From: Nitrospinota bacterium
Lineage (GTDB): Bacteria > UBA8248
DNA length: 57,780 nt
Assembly (NCBI GenBank): GCA_036231405.1
Contig: JAZAHK010000033.1
Span: 1 to 57,780 of the forward strand
Reading direction: 5' to 3'
Below the pieces are notes generated by a model, which made no database searches, had not been told where the DNA came from, and saw only the letters and a program-made list of their open reading frames with translations. A program made the position numbers and the translations under genes. This document shows, in pieces, positions 10,400 to 21,038 of the stretch (position 1 is its first letter; every line of letters starts with the position of its first letter).

Positions 10400-11278
10400 A
10401 TGTCTTCTAAAAGCATGACTGGCTATGGAAATTCAGTTTTGTATTTAAAAAACGGGGATTCCTTATGTGTTGAAGTCCGTTCTGTTAATCATCGTTTTCT
10501 AGAAATATCAATTAAAGGCCCACGATGGACAATGTCGTTAGAAAACGAAATACGTGAAAAAATAAAAAGTTGTTTTTTTCGCGGGAAATTCGACGTATTT
10601 ATTACTCATATAAAAGATTCTGTTCAAAAGATGAATTTTGATTCTGATTCGATAAAAATTCTTCACAAATCACTTCAAACATTACAAAAAAAATTAAATA
10701 TTAAAGGTGAAATAGATTTAAACTTTATTTCCCAATTCCAAGAATTTCTAAAACCTATAGAAACTGAAATAATTCCTGACAAAATCAGAAGAAATTTAAT
10801 CAAAACTTTAACAGAATCTCTTTTGAACTTGAGAAATATGAGAATAAAAGAAGGAAAGGAATTACATAAAGACGTAGCAACTAATCTTAAAAACATAAAA
10901 ATCAACTTGGGGAAAATACAAGATTTCTTTCCAAAAGCCAGGCTGAAAATACAAAAAAGAGCAGAATTAAGAATTCAAAAATTTTTCAACAAAATTGAAA
11001 TTGATCCGTCTAGATTGGAACAGGAATTAGTCATTGCGGGTGAAAAAGGAGATATTAGCGAAGAGTTAAGTCGTTTCCATAGTCATATCAATCAATTTGA
11101 AAGAACTCTCTCTTTAAATAGTCCAATGGGAAGAAAATTAGATTTTCTTACTCAAGAGATGAATAGAGAAATTAACACTACAGCAGCCAAATCGATTGAC
11201 TCAAAACTTTCTAAACACGCTATAGATATAAAAACATTTCTCGAAAAAATTAGAGAACAGGTGCAGAACATAGAATGA
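10400..11278 (+). CDS. yicC: YicC/YloC family endoribonuclease
   Basis: SMTGYG, SVNHRFL, GRKLDFLTQEMNREINT, REQVQNIE. Confidence 0.93.
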   Translation: MSSKSMTGYGNSVLYLKNGDSLCVEVRSVNHRFLEISIKGPRWTMSLENEIREKIKSCFFRGKFDVFITHIKDSVQKMNFDSDSIKILHKSLQTLQKKLNIKGEIDLNFISQFQEFLKPIETEIIPDKIRRNLIKTLTESLLNLRNMRIKEGKELHKDVATNLKNIKINLGKIQDFFPKARLKIQKRAELRIQKFFNKIEIDPSRLEQELVIAGEKGDISEELSRFHSHINQFERTLSLNSPMGRKLDFLTQEMNREINTTAAKSIDSKLSKHAIDIKTFLEKIREQVQNIE

Positions 11279-11862
11279 ATAAGCAGACAAAAGATCATAT
11301 CTTTGTCTTATCTTCTCCTTCAGGGGGAGGTAAAACTACACTTATTCAACGAGCAATCAGTTGTTTTTCTAAATTAACACACTCCATAAGCGCAACTTCA
11401 CGTCCTCCACGCAAAAACGAGATAGATGGAGTAGACTATTTTTTCCTCTCAGAAGAGATTTTCGAAAAAAAAATTAAAAAAAAAGAATTTGCTGAATGGG
11501 CTGAAGTCTATGGCAATTTTTACGGAACACCTATTGAAAATATAAAAAAGGAATTTTCAAAAGGAAATCATTTGATAATGGATTTGGATGTTCAAGGTGC
11601 GATGCAGCTAAAAAACTTTTTTCCAGAAGCCACATTAATTTTTATCATGCCACCCTCGATCGATGAATTAAAAAAAAGACTTACTAATAGATGCACGGAA
11701 TCAGAGGAAGAAATAAATAAACGTTTAGAAACTGCGAAAATTGAAATTGGACAGAAAAAAAATTATGATTATATAGTCACAAACGAAAACATAGAAGAAG
11801 CAACGAAAGAACTAATAGAAATCATAAAAGAAAAATTGCTTATGAATAGGGAAAAAACTTGA
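11275..11862 (+). CDS. gmk: Guanylate kinase
   Basis: SSPSGGGKTT, TSRPPR..EIDGVDYFF, EWAEVYGNFYGT. Confidence 0.95.
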   Translation: MNKQTKDHIFVLSSPSGGGKTTLIQRAISCFSKLTHSISATSRPPRKNEIDGVDYFFLSEEIFEKKIKKKEFAEWAEVYGNFYGTPIENIKKEFSKGNHLIMDLDVQGAMQLKNFFPEATLIFIMPPSIDELKKRLTNRCTESEEEINKRLETAKIEIGQKKNYDYIVTNENIEEATKELIEIIKEKLLMNREKT

Positions 11863-13082
11863 AAAACGACTTACCTTTATTTAAAAAAAAGATAATTCTC
11901 GCAATCTCCGGAGGTATTGCTGCTTATAAATCTATAGAACTCGCTAGACTTTTAACTCATGATGGGGCAGAAGTTCAAACCATTCTTACTCAAAATGCCC
12001 TTTCTTTTATACAACCACTTCCTTTTGAAATTTTAACGGGAAAAAAACCAATAACAAAACTTTTACCAATAGAAAAAAATTCTACTTCAGGTCAAATCCC
12101 ACATATAACTCTAACAGAAAAAGCAGATCTTGTTATTATCGCTCCTGCAACCGCAAATATTATTGGAAAGTTTGCACAAGGAATCGGAGACGATTTTATG
12201 TCCACTATGCTGTTGTCAGTAAATAAAAGTGTACTAATAGCACCAGCAATGAACCCAAGAATGTGGTCAAGTAAACCTGTTCAAAAAAATATTAAGATTC
12301 TTGATTCTCATGGACACCTTATAATGACCCCTAATGATGGTCCTATGGCAAGTACTGAAGAAGAAAGCGGTATAGGAAGAATGCCTGAACCTTTTGAAAT
12401 TCTTCATAGCGCTAGAGAAATCCTAGGGAAAAAACAAGATTTAAAAGGGAAAAAAATTCTTGTGACGGCAGGACCAACACAAGAAAAGATAGACGCTGTT
12501 CGCTACTTATCAAACCGTTCTAGTGGAAAAATGGGTTATAGTATTGCAAAAAACGCATTCGAAAGAGGAGCAGAAGTTATATTAATTTCTGGACCAGTGT
12601 CAATTCCAAGTTTAATTGGTCCAAAAACTATAAAAGTTCAAACTGCTACACAAATGCAAGATGCAATTTTTGAAATCTGGTCCAAAGTAGACGTCGTGAT
12701 TATGGCGGCAGCTGTTTCTGACCATAGACCTTTTAACCCTAGCAAAGAAAAAAGTAAAAAAAAGAATATAAATTTATCAATAGAATTAGAAGAAACAGAA
12801 GATATTTTACTCAAAATGGGGAAAATGAAAAAACAACAAATTTTAATCGGATTTGCTGCTGAAACCTGTAATTTATTAGAAAATGCAAAAATTAAATTAA
12901 AACACAAGAATTTAGATCTTATAGTTGCAAACGAGGTTTCTGGTCCTAACGATGCAATGGGTTCAGATGAATCTAATGCAGTTATAATTGATTCAGAAGA
13001 AAAAGAATATGAATTAAAAAGAACCAAAAAAATACACTTAGCAAATAAGATTCTCGATCATTTAGTAGAATTTTTATTATAA
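11859..13082 (+). CDS. coaBC: Bifunctional phosphopantothenoylcysteine decarboxylase / PPC synthetase
   Basis: GGIAAYK, APATAN, PAMN, TAGPTQEKID.VRYLSNRSSGKMG, GFAAET. Confidence 0.95.
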   Translation: MKNDLPLFKKKIILAISGGIAAYKSIELARLLTHDGAEVQTILTQNALSFIQPLPFEILTGKKPITKLLPIEKNSTSGQIPHITLTEKADLVIIAPATANIIGKFAQGIGDDFMSTMLLSVNKSVLIAPAMNPRMWSSKPVQKNIKILDSHGHLIMTPNDGPMASTEEESGIGRMPEPFEILHSAREILGKKQDLKGKKILVTAGPTQEKIDAVRYLSNRSSGKMGYSIAKNAFERGAEVILISGPVSIPSLIGPKTIKVQTATQMQDAIFEIWSKVDVVIMAAAVSDHRPFNPSKEKSKKKNINLSIELEETEDILLKMGKMKKQQILIGFAAETCNLLENAKIKLKHKNLDLIVANEVSGPNDAMGSDESNAVIIDSEEKEYELKRTKKIHLANKILDHLVEFLL

Positions 13083-13102
13083 AATTTTTCAAGGGATACC
13101 TT

Positions 13103-13876
13103 TTGACCCCTAAAAAAAAACTAACTGATTCTTTTATTAATTACTTAGAGGACTTAAAATCGTTTAACGTAAACTTTATAGCTTTAAATAAAGAACAGGT
13201 TTCAGTAAAAACTAAAATTCCAGAGAAAAAAGAGGCAAAACTTATCAAAACATCAAACTTAAAAACTCCAAGCTTGCCTTACAATCAGAATGTAAAGATG
13301 AAATTAGTAGAACTTTCAAAAGCAATCGAAAATTGCATGCGTTGCAAGTTAGGGAATACAAGAAATAATTTAGTTTTCGGATGCGGTAGTGAAAATGCCA
13401 AGTTAGTAATTATAGGAGAGGCACCTGGAGCAGAAGAAGATAGACAAGGAATCCCTTTCGTTGGTCGAGCCGGACAAATGTTAACAAAAATGATCGAAAA
13501 CGTTATTGAGGTTCCAAGACAAGAGGTCTTTATTTGTAATATTTTAAAATGTAGGCCTCCACAAAACAGAAACCCTGAAGAGGATGAAATTGCTTGCTGT
13601 GAACCCTATCTAAAAAAACAATTGGAAACAATTAACCCTAAACTTATTCTCACTCTTGGGAAATTTGCATCTCAATGGCTACTTCAATCAGAAACACCAA
13701 TTAGCAAATTAAGAGGAAAATTTTCTAGCTATCACGGAATACCATGTCTCCCAACCTTTCATCCCGCTTATTTACTAAGAAACCCAAAACAGAAAAAATT
13801 CGTACATGAAGACTTATTGAAAGTAAAAGATGTTTACCATGGCAATATAGTGCCAGAAATTGAATTAGATTCGTAA
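13103..13876 (+). CDS. Uracil-DNA glycosylase family 4 (Fe-S)
   Basis: CxxCx[32 protein letters not shown]. Confidence 0.93.
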   Translation: MTPKKKLTDSFINYLEDLKSFNVNFIALNKEQVSVKTKIPEKKEAKLIKTSNLKTPSLPYNQNVKMKLVELSKAIENCMRCKLGNTRNNLVFGCGSENAKLVIIGEAPGAEEDRQGIPFVGRAGQMLTKMIENVIEVPRQEVFICNILKCRPPQNRNPEEDEIACCEPYLKKQLETINPKLILTLGKFASQWLLQSETPISKLRGKFSSYHGIPCLPTFHPAYLLRNPKQKKFVHEDLLKVKDVYHGNIVPEIELDS

Positions 13877-13887
13877 AAACTAAAATC

Positions 13888-15366
13888 TTATGTTTTTTTT
13901 CTTTTTTTCCCTGGCATAGCAGGATCAGAGAACGCACTACCCAATTCTAATATCTCTTCTTTGCTTACATAATCCATTATTTGAGAATCCTTTAGAATTT
14001 GTTTTTTCATTTTTATCCTATCTCTAACTTCCTCTTCAAATCCTCTGTTGGATGGATGATAAAAAGTAAGAAAATTTATTTCCTCAGGCAAGCCCTCCAT
14101 TTCTACGTAAGAAGAAGAAGATAGATGAGCATGTTGATACCCTTTCCCATAGCCAACTTCTTCAAGAAATTCAGTAGGTGCATTTCTTAGATGTAGAGGT
14201 ACGGGTTTTAAAGGGTATTTTTGAATTGTTGCCTGTACTTCTGAATACGCACGGTAAACAGAATCGCTTTTTGGCGCCTGGGCAAGATAGATAGTTGCCT
14301 GAGCGATGGCTAACTTCCCCTCTGGAAGGCCTATAAACTCAAATGCTCTCTGTGCAGAAATTACAACGTGCAATGCATTTGGATCGGCCATTCCTATGTC
14401 TTCAGATGCAAAACGTACGAGCCTTCTCAAAACATACATCGGATCTTCCCCTGCCTCTAACATTCTACCTAACCAATAAAGTGCTGCATCTGGATCAGAT
14501 GAACGCAAAGTTTTATGAAACGCACTAATTAAGTTATAATGTTCTTCCCCTGACTTATCATGCGACAAAGTTTTTTGCTGAATAGCTTCTGAGACCTGAC
14601 CTACTGTAAGTTTCATAATTACTTTTTTGTCTCTTTTTGGATTCATTTGATAAAAAACAAAATCTGAAACTAGTTCAAGAATATTTAAAGCAACTCTGGC
14701 ATCTCCATTTGAAAAATTAGCTACAAGTTTGAAAAATTTGTCCTCAACCTCAAAATTCCATTCTCCCAACCCACGTTTTTTGTCTATCAGTGCACTTTTC
14801 AAAACATCCGAAATATCTTTTTCTTTGAGTTGTTTCAGTATAAAAACTTGAGACCGTGACAATAAAGGAGAAATAACCTCAAAGGAAGGGTTCTCCGTTG
14901 TAGCGCCAATTAAAACTATTGTCCCATCTTCTACAGAGGGAAGAAGGGCATCTTGTTGAGCTTTATTAAATCTATGTATTTCATCAATAAACAAAATACA
15001 ACGAGATCCCATATCTCTTAATTTTTTAGCATCAGATAGAGCAATTCGTAATTCTTTCAATCCATGTAAAACAGCACTTAATTCAACAAAAAGAGATTTC
15101 GTATTTCCTGCAATTATTCGAGCAATAGTGGTTTTACCAGTACCGGGTGGTCCCCAAAAAATAAAACTACTATAATTATCGTTTTCTATTTCATTTCTTA
15201 AAATTTTTCCCTTACCCAGTAAGTGATCTTGACCAACAATCTCTTCTATATTACTCGGGCGCATCTTTTCAGCTAATGGAATCAAAGAACTTCTTTTTGA
15301 TTTACTTTCTGTTGAAGATTTTGGAACTTTTTCCTTATCTAACGGAAATTCAAATAATTCATTCAT
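13888..15366 (-). CDS. rarA: Replication-associated recombination protein A (RarA/MgsA)
   Basis: [55 protein letters not shown]. Confidence 0.95.
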   Translation of the reverse strand: MNELFEFPLDKEKVPKSSTESKSKRSSLIPLAEKMRPSNIEEIVGQDHLLGKGKILRNEIENDNYSSFIFWGPPGTGKTTIARIIAGNTKSLFVELSAVLHGLKELRIALSDAKKLRDMGSRCILFIDEIHRFNKAQQDALLPSVEDGTIVLIGATTENPSFEVISPLLSRSQVFILKQLKEKDISDVLKSALIDKKRGLGEWNFEVEDKFFKLVANFSNGDARVALNILELVSDFVFYQMNPKRDKKVIMKLTVGQVSEAIQQKTLSHDKSGEEHYNLISAFHKTLRSSDPDAALYWLGRMLEAGEDPMYVLRRLVRFASEDIGMADPNALHVVISAQRAFEFIGLPEGKLAIAQATIYLAQAPKSDSVYRAYSEVQATIQKYPLKPVPLHLRNAPTEFLEEVGYGKGYQHAHLSSSSYVEMEGLPEEINFLTFYHPSNRGFEEEVRDRIKMKKQILKDSQIMDYVSKEEILELGSAFSDPAMPGKKRKKT

Positions 15367-15519
15367 TCATTTTTCCTAGTTAATAGAAAACTCTTTTTTT
15401 AAATAAGACTTAACCTTTACTAAATTTTACCTCATTATAGAATGAATATTATTCTTTTTTTGAATTCTTTGAATAATTGTTAAAGTTTTTTAAATTTCTT
15501 AACAAAGGATTGTAGTCGA

Positions 15520-16017
15520 ATGGGGAAAATTTTAGTCGGAATTTTGATGGGTAGTGAGAGTGATTTTGAAATAATGTTTAAAACTAAAGAAACTCTAGAT
15601 GAACTTGGAATTAGTTCGGAAATACGGATTTTATCTGCGCACCGAACTCCCAGTGAACTACATGAGTATATTGAAAACGCACCTAAAAATGGAGTGAAAA
15701 TCTTTATTGCTGGAGCAGGTATGTCAGCTCATTTGGCAGGTGTGGTGGGTGCGTCTACCAATTTGCCAGTCATTGGAGTTCCTATTAACAGTTCATCTTT
15801 AGGAGGAATCGACGCACTCCTTTCAACTATTCAAATGCCGCCAGGAATTCCCGTTGCTACTATGGGAATAGGTTCAGCAGGTGCAAGAAATGCTGCTCTT
15901 TTTGCAGCTAGAATCTTATCTCTGGAGGATTCAAAAATATTAGAAAAATATAATCAGTTTGTGGAAAAACAAAAACAAAAAGTTCTGGATTCAGATCAAT
16001 CTATACAAAAAAAGTAA
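15520..16017 (+). CDS. purE: N5-CAIR mutase
   Basis: MGSESD, SAHRTP, AGAGMSAHLAG, QMPPGIPVAT. Confidence 0.95.
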   Translation: MGKILVGILMGSESDFEIMFKTKETLDELGISSEIRILSAHRTPSELHEYIENAPKNGVKIFIAGAGMSAHLAGVVGASTNLPVIGVPINSSSLGGIDALLSTIQMPPGIPVATMGIGSAGARNAALFAARILSLEDSKILEKYNQFVEKQKQKVLDSDQSIQKK

Positions 16018-16030
16018 AGATAGAAAACTC

Positions 16031-16657
16031 GTGAAGCACGAAATTATTAAAGTTTCTCAAAACAATCCTGATAAAAAAGTAATTGAAAAGACATCTGAAA
16101 TTTTAAATGCAGGTGAAATTGTTGTGCTTCCAACTGACACTGTATATGGAATATGTGTTAGCGCTGAAACTGAAAATGCAATAAGAAAACTTTCTGAAAT
16201 CAAAGGGAGATCTCCTGGGAAAGGTATCCCATTAATTATTGGGCAACACGAACAAATTTTTCAATTCACAAATCAAGTTTCTTCACGAAAAATAAAACTT
16301 CTCGAAAGTATCTGGCCTAGTCCAGTAACCTTTATTTTTGATTCTAAAAAATTCTCGGAATTTACCGAAGACGGCATTGCAATTAGATTGCCAGAACAAG
16401 AATTGTGCAGAGAACTTGCTTTGCATGCAGGTCCCTTCTTATCTACAAGTGCAAACAAAACAGGAAAACCCATTTTAGACAATATAGAAGAAATCTGCTT
16501 ACACTTTAAAAAAGACGTCCAACTTTTTCTTGACGGTGGCACAATTAAGGAGAATAAAGCCTCTACGATAGTAAGTTTAAAAAAAGATGACCCCGAATTA
16601 ATTCGAAATGGAAAATTTCCCTTTGAAAAAATTATTCATATCTGGCAAAAAATATAA
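16031..16657 (+). CDS. tsaC: L-threonylcarbamoyladenylate synthase (TsaC/YrdC); GTG at 16031 preferred over 15959
   Basis: PTDTVYG, KGR, STSANKTG, STIV, IRNG. Confidence 0.88.
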   Translation: MKHEIIKVSQNNPDKKVIEKTSEILNAGEIVVLPTDTVYGICVSAETENAIRKLSEIKGRSPGKGIPLIIGQHEQIFQFTNQVSSRKIKLLESIWPSPVTFIFDSKKFSEFTEDGIAIRLPEQELCRELALHAGPFLSTSANKTGKPILDNIEEICLHFKKDVQLFLDGGTIKENKASTIVSLKKDDPELIRNGKFPFEKIIHIWQKI

Positions 16658-16664
16658 TTTATTT

Positions 16665-16964
16665 CTATTCTGGCTCAGGAAGATTAAATACAATGTTTCC
16701 GCCTTCAACAACAATGCATTGACAAGCAAGACGATACTCATCTGGATTCCAGCCATACGCTTCTAAAATATCTTTCTCTTCCTCTTCTTGCTCAGAAAGA
16801 TTTTCCCTTCCAGAAACAACAACAATTTTACATGTTGAACAAGCACAACTACCACCACAATCGTTAGTGTGATCAACATTATTTTCTAAATCCAGATCAA
16901 GAATTGAATTCCCTTCCTCCGCATTGTAAATAACATCTAAGTTTTGAATTCGAATTTCTCCCAC
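16665..16964 (-). CDS. 2Fe-2S ferredoxin (adrenodoxin/ISC type)
   Basis: CGGSCACSTC...RLACQC; GTG start with SD AGGAG. Confidence 0.9.
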   Translation of the reverse strand: MGEIRIQNLDVIYNAEEGNSILDLDLENNVDHTNDCGGSCACSTCKIVVVSGRENLSEQEEEEKDILEAYGWNPDEYRLACQCIVVEGGNIVFNLPEPE

Positions 16965-17079
16965 TTATGCTCTCCTTTCAAAAAAACGGTACTACTAAGA
17001 ATTTTATTTATCTCTACATAAATCATCTTATAAAATCAAATGAAAAAAAAATTTAAACAATAAACCTTTATACTCTTAT

Positions 17080-17808
17080 TTATAAATTTCCTTCAGGTGG
17101 GAGTATTTCGAGAGTTTCTGTCCAAGAAAAGGAAGATTGTAATAATAAAAACTCCATTGATTCCGCTACCTTTTCAGGAGTCAACATCTTAGAAAAATCA
17201 AACTCTCCTGGAATAGACTTCCATAAAGGTGTTTCAGTAGCTCCAGGCCTTAAAACACTTACTTTTATCCCTTTTGGACGAAATTCTTCAACCATAGCCC
17301 TTGTCATACCCTCTAATCCGGCTTTTGCAGCACAATATGCAGAAGAACCAGGAAAACCAGTAACTGCACATACTGAAGAAACATTAATAATACTTCCTTT
17401 TGATTTTTCTAACATCGGCATAAAAGCTTTTGAAAGAAGAAATGGTGCCTTTAAACAAACAGAAATCACAGAATCAAAATTTTCAACAGACAAATCTTGT
17501 ATCTGATCGACAAATATAGCGCCTGCATTGTTAATTAAGGTATCAACCGTACCTAGGCTTTTTTTAGTAACCTCAACTAGGGATTCTATTTGTTCGGGGC
17601 TGGTAACATCGCAAACATGAGGCGAAATCTTTCCTTGAAAGTTTTCTGATTCTAAATCAAGGGCTGCAAGTCGTTCTTCATCACGACCAATTGCTAAAAT
17701 TTTAGCTCCAGATTTTGAGAATCTAAGCGCAGCTGCCTTTCCAATACCACTGGATGCACCGGTCAACACAATCCTTTTGTCCATCAAAGAATTTCCGTGC
17801 CTTTTCAA
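17080..17808 (-). CDS. SDR oxidoreductase (candidate sepiapterin reductase)
   Basis: TGASSGIG, NNAG, YCAAK; directly downstream of the PTPS gene. Confidence 0.85.
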   Translation of the reverse strand: MKRHGNSLMDKRIVLTGASSGIGKAAALRFSKSGAKILAIGRDEERLAALDLESENFQGKISPHVCDVTSPEQIESLVEVTKKSLGTVDTLINNAGAIFVDQIQDLSVENFDSVISVCLKAPFLLSKAFMPMLEKSKGSIINVSSVCAVTGFPGSSAYCAAKAGLEGMTRAMVEEFRPKGIKVSVLRPGATETPLWKSIPGEFDFSKMLTPEKVAESMEFLLLQSSFSWTETLEILPPEGNL

Positions 17809-17810
17809 AT

Positions 17811-18221
17811 TTACTCTCCATAGTAATCAACAAAATTACGTTGATTCTCATATAAACGTACTCGATGAAGAAAATTTTTCGGCAATTGATCAACTAAAGC
17901 TTCCCATATCGAAATAGCAATATTCTCGGCAGTAGGTATTCTTTTTTTCGTAAAAGAATCTACATCCAGGTTTAAATTTTTATGATCTAAAATATCTATA
18001 ACATGAACTCTCATGACTTCTTTGAGATCTGAAAGATTATAAGCCATTCCAGTTTCAAAGTTTACGGAAGCTTTGATACTAACTTCAACAATATAATTAT
18101 GCCCATGATAATTTTCATGTTCACATTTCCCGTAAATCTTATAATTTTCTTCTTCACTCCACTCTGGATTATACAACCGGTGCGCAGCGGAAAATTCTTC
18201 CTGACGAGTTATGCGTATCAT
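17811..18221 (-). CDS. 6-pyruvoyl-tetrahydropterin synthase (PTPS/QueD family, CX5HGH type); start ATG 18221
   Basis: FSAAHRL, GKCEHENYHGHNY, LDHKNLN, PTAENIA; SD GGAG before 18221. Confidence 0.9.
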   Translation of the reverse strand: MIRITRQEEFSAAHRLYNPEWSEEENYKIYGKCEHENYHGHNYIVEVSIKASVNFETGMAYNLSDLKEVMRVHVIDILDHKNLNLDVDSFTKKRIPTAENIAISIWEALVDQLPKNFLHRVRLYENQRNFVDYYGE

Positions 18222-18481
18222 GCTAAAACTCCAATCTATTTTTGTCCAAAGTTTCAAAAATAACAAAAAATGAAAACCGAAAATTATCGTAATATTATAC
18301 TAAAAACAATCCGTTTACTAAAACCTTGGAACTTCCCTCCAGTCAATTCATTGGACTCAAATCATACGAACATAGATTATTAATACACGCCTATCTTGTT
18401 TCAAAAAAGTGATTTTGGTACTCTCTCATTTTATAATCAATTTGCCCGTGAATTGGATTTTTAAGCAAGGAGTAACAGACT

Positions 18482-19360
18482 ATGTCCAAGATAAAGAATG
18501 AATCTGCTCCCTCCAAAAAAAAAGGTTTTGTTAAAATACAAGATGGCATCCATGTTTATGTAGGTGGCAATGGTTCCACGAATTTTGGCTTAATCTTAAC
18601 GAAAGAAAAACCTGTTGTTATAGATAATGATATTCGTTGCAGAAAAGAATTTACGTCTGGAATGAAGAAAATTACTAAAAAAGATGCGGGAATGCTTTTC
18701 AATACTCACCATAATTTTGATCATACTTCAGATAATGGCTACTACCATAAAATAGGATCTATGTCTTTTGGAAATTCATTCGCAGTAGAAGAAATGTATA
18801 GGGAAGAAAGTGAAGGGATATGGGTAAAACAGATGGTAGGAAGAGGTCCAAAAGTAGAGCATATGCTTAAAACGTTAAAAGTAGATCCACCAAAAGTGAT
18901 TTTCGAAAATTTATTAACAGTTCATTATGGTGGTCGAATTTTTCAACTTATTTATATCGATCATTGTCATACTAAAGGAGATTCAGTTGTTTGGATGCCT
19001 AAAGAAAAAGTTTTATTTGCAGGAGATCTCCTTACTTATAAAACTCATCCTGTAAATCGACTTGGGAATTTCCATAACTGGATTTCTGCTTTTAAAATCT
19101 TGGAAGAATTTCCTGCTAAACATATTATTCCCGGCCACGGTCCTATGCCACCTACTGGCAAAAAAATAATTCAAGATAATAAAAAAATGTTTTTAAAACT
19201 CAAAAACGACACAACTCGCGCATTAAAAAAATACCATACTCCTGCCAAAGCCGCAGATAACGTAAATTTAAAAGAATATGAGAAATGGTTTCGATATCCT
19301 CTTGTAAGAAGCAATGCGCTTAAAATGGCACGAGAGATAAAAAGAAAAAAGAGACTGTAA
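18482..19360 (+). CDS. MBL-fold metallo-hydrolase (cyclase-like)
   Basis: NTHHNFDH, HTKGD, FAGDL, PGHG. Confidence 0.85.
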   Translation: MSKIKNESAPSKKKGFVKIQDGIHVYVGGNGSTNFGLILTKEKPVVIDNDIRCRKEFTSGMKKITKKDAGMLFNTHHNFDHTSDNGYYHKIGSMSFGNSFAVEEMYREESEGIWVKQMVGRGPKVEHMLKTLKVDPPKVIFENLLTVHYGGRIFQLIYIDHCHTKGDSVVWMPKEKVLFAGDLLTYKTHPVNRLGNFHNWISAFKILEEFPAKHIIPGHGPMPPTGKKIIQDNKKMFLKLKNDTTRALKKYHTPAKAADNVNLKEYEKWFRYPLVRSNALKMAREIKRKKRL

Positions 19361-19370
19361 TTTTTAAATA

Positions 19371-20618
19371 TTAAGTTGAAAATATTTTCTTCTTGGCGAG
19401 TACTGCACATGAAGTCACTGTGCAAATAGATAAAACTTTAAAAATTAAAACTAAAGAAAATGCAAAAAAGTATGTACCACTTACATCAAAAATGTATCCC
19501 GCAAGCCAAGGTCCAGTAGCAGAAGCAAATCCTGATCCCATTTGACTAAATCCAAGTATGCGACCAAAGCTCTTTCCTGGAAAAATTCTTGCTTTTAAGG
19601 AAACGAACATAATAGATCGAGCTCCTTCACCCAAACCATAAAATAAAACATAAAAATACGGGAGTTTAATATTCTCTCCAGAAAAATTCATAAGTAAAAC
19701 AACTCCTATAAGCCCTAAAGTTCCAAACAATATATAGGAGGATACTAAGCCAACCCTATCCCCCATCCAACCTCCAAAAATACCACCAATAGAACGAATA
19801 AGGGCTAATGCCCCTATTAATGAAGCTGCGGTTAAGGTGTCAATACCGACATCGACCATATGTGCAACTTGATGAACTCCAACTATACTAAAACCAATCC
19901 CATGAAAAATTCCAGCTAAACAAAACAACCAAAATACTGGTTCCTTAAATGCTTTCCTTAGTGTCCAATCTATAGATTCTTCTCTAGAAACATCCTTAAT
20001 ATTAACTTTTCTAGAAGAACGATGAAAAATTAAATTTATCGGAAAGACAAAGAAAAAAATAATCCCTGCCAATATTAAATAAGCAGACCTCCATCCATAC
20101 AATCCAATTAAAAATGCAGCAAAGGGAACCATTATAACGCTACCAAAACTTCTTCCCGACAAAGCAATGCCCATGGCGGTAGAGCGTCGTTTAACAAACC
20201 AAGAACTAATGACTGTACTAGTAGGGATAAAACCAATAAGTGTAATGCCTAGTGCAACTAAAACTCCATAAAAAAAATACAATTTTGGGAGAGAGTCTAT
20301 TCCTGTCATAAGGACGAGGCTTAGACATAAAACACAAATTCCTGAGGGAACAACTATTCTTGGACCCCATCGGTCTACCATAGCACCAATTAATCCCGCT
20401 GAAAGAGCAAAGGTAATCATTGAAACAGAAAATCCGAATGCAGCGTCAGCTCTTGACCAGTGAAATTCTTCTAGAAAAGCGACATAAAAAACAGGGAACG
20501 TTGCAACAATTGAACCTGCTATTGCCATGGTAGAAAAAGACAATCCTACAATCATCCATCCATAATAACGATAACTTTCTTCTTCTGCGTCAACAGAAAA
20601 AATAAATTTTTTAAACAT
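19371..20618 (-). CDS. MFS transporter
   Basis: About 12 TM segments; GAMVDRWGPR and GWMGDRVG motif A. Confidence 0.9.
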   Translation of the reverse strand: MFKKFIFSVDAEEESYRYYGWMIVGLSFSTMAIAGSIVATFPVFYVAFLEEFHWSRADAAFGFSVSMITFALSAGLIGAMVDRWGPRIVVPSGICVLCLSLVLMTGIDSLPKLYFFYGVLVALGITLIGFIPTSTVISSWFVKRRSTAMGIALSGRSFGSVIMVPFAAFLIGLYGWRSAYLILAGIIFFFVFPINLIFHRSSRKVNIKDVSREESIDWTLRKAFKEPVFWLFCLAGIFHGIGFSIVGVHQVAHMVDVGIDTLTAASLIGALALIRSIGGIFGGWMGDRVGLVSSYILFGTLGLIGVVLLMNFSGENIKLPYFYVLFYGLGEGARSIMFVSLKARIFPGKSFGRILGFSQMGSGFASATGPWLAGYIFDVSGTYFFAFSLVLIFKVLSICTVTSCAVLAKKKIFST

Positions 20619-20916
20619 TATTTAAATAAACCTGTTTTAATCTTTCTATTTCTTTCTCATCTATTAAAGTAAATTTCATTTTCTTTCTTTTAGATCTTAA
20701 ACCTGTTTGAATTTCCAAAGAACTCTTCGGGCATTTGAAAGTCTTGGATAGTAATTTTATACACTCTCTATTTGCAGCGCCATTCAAAGGTAAAGATTTC
20801 AAACGGATCAAAATAATATCATTTTCTATCCCGTAAATTTCAGATCTGGTAGAATTCGGTTGAACTTTAATCTCCAAGATTAATTCATCTTTTTTGCCAA
20901 AAAAATTTTTTGCCAA
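20611..20916 (-). CDS. DUF167/YggU family protein
   Basis: IKVQPNS, GAAN.E.IKLLS, G..S..K. Confidence 0.8.
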   Translation of the reverse strand: MAKNFFGKKDELILEIKVQPNSTRSEIYGIENDIILIRLKSLPLNGAANRECIKLLSKTFKCPKSSLEIQTGLRSKRKKMKFTLIDEKEIERLKQVYLNNV

Positions 20917-21038
20917 TTTGAACCCTTTTGTTTTTTTGGTTTTGAAATCCTATGATAAAATTGATTATGCTTCATTAGCTATAAACAAGAAAGATTGATT
21001 AATTTCTTAAAGTAAAAAAAGGGGGGTTGTTCTTTTTT

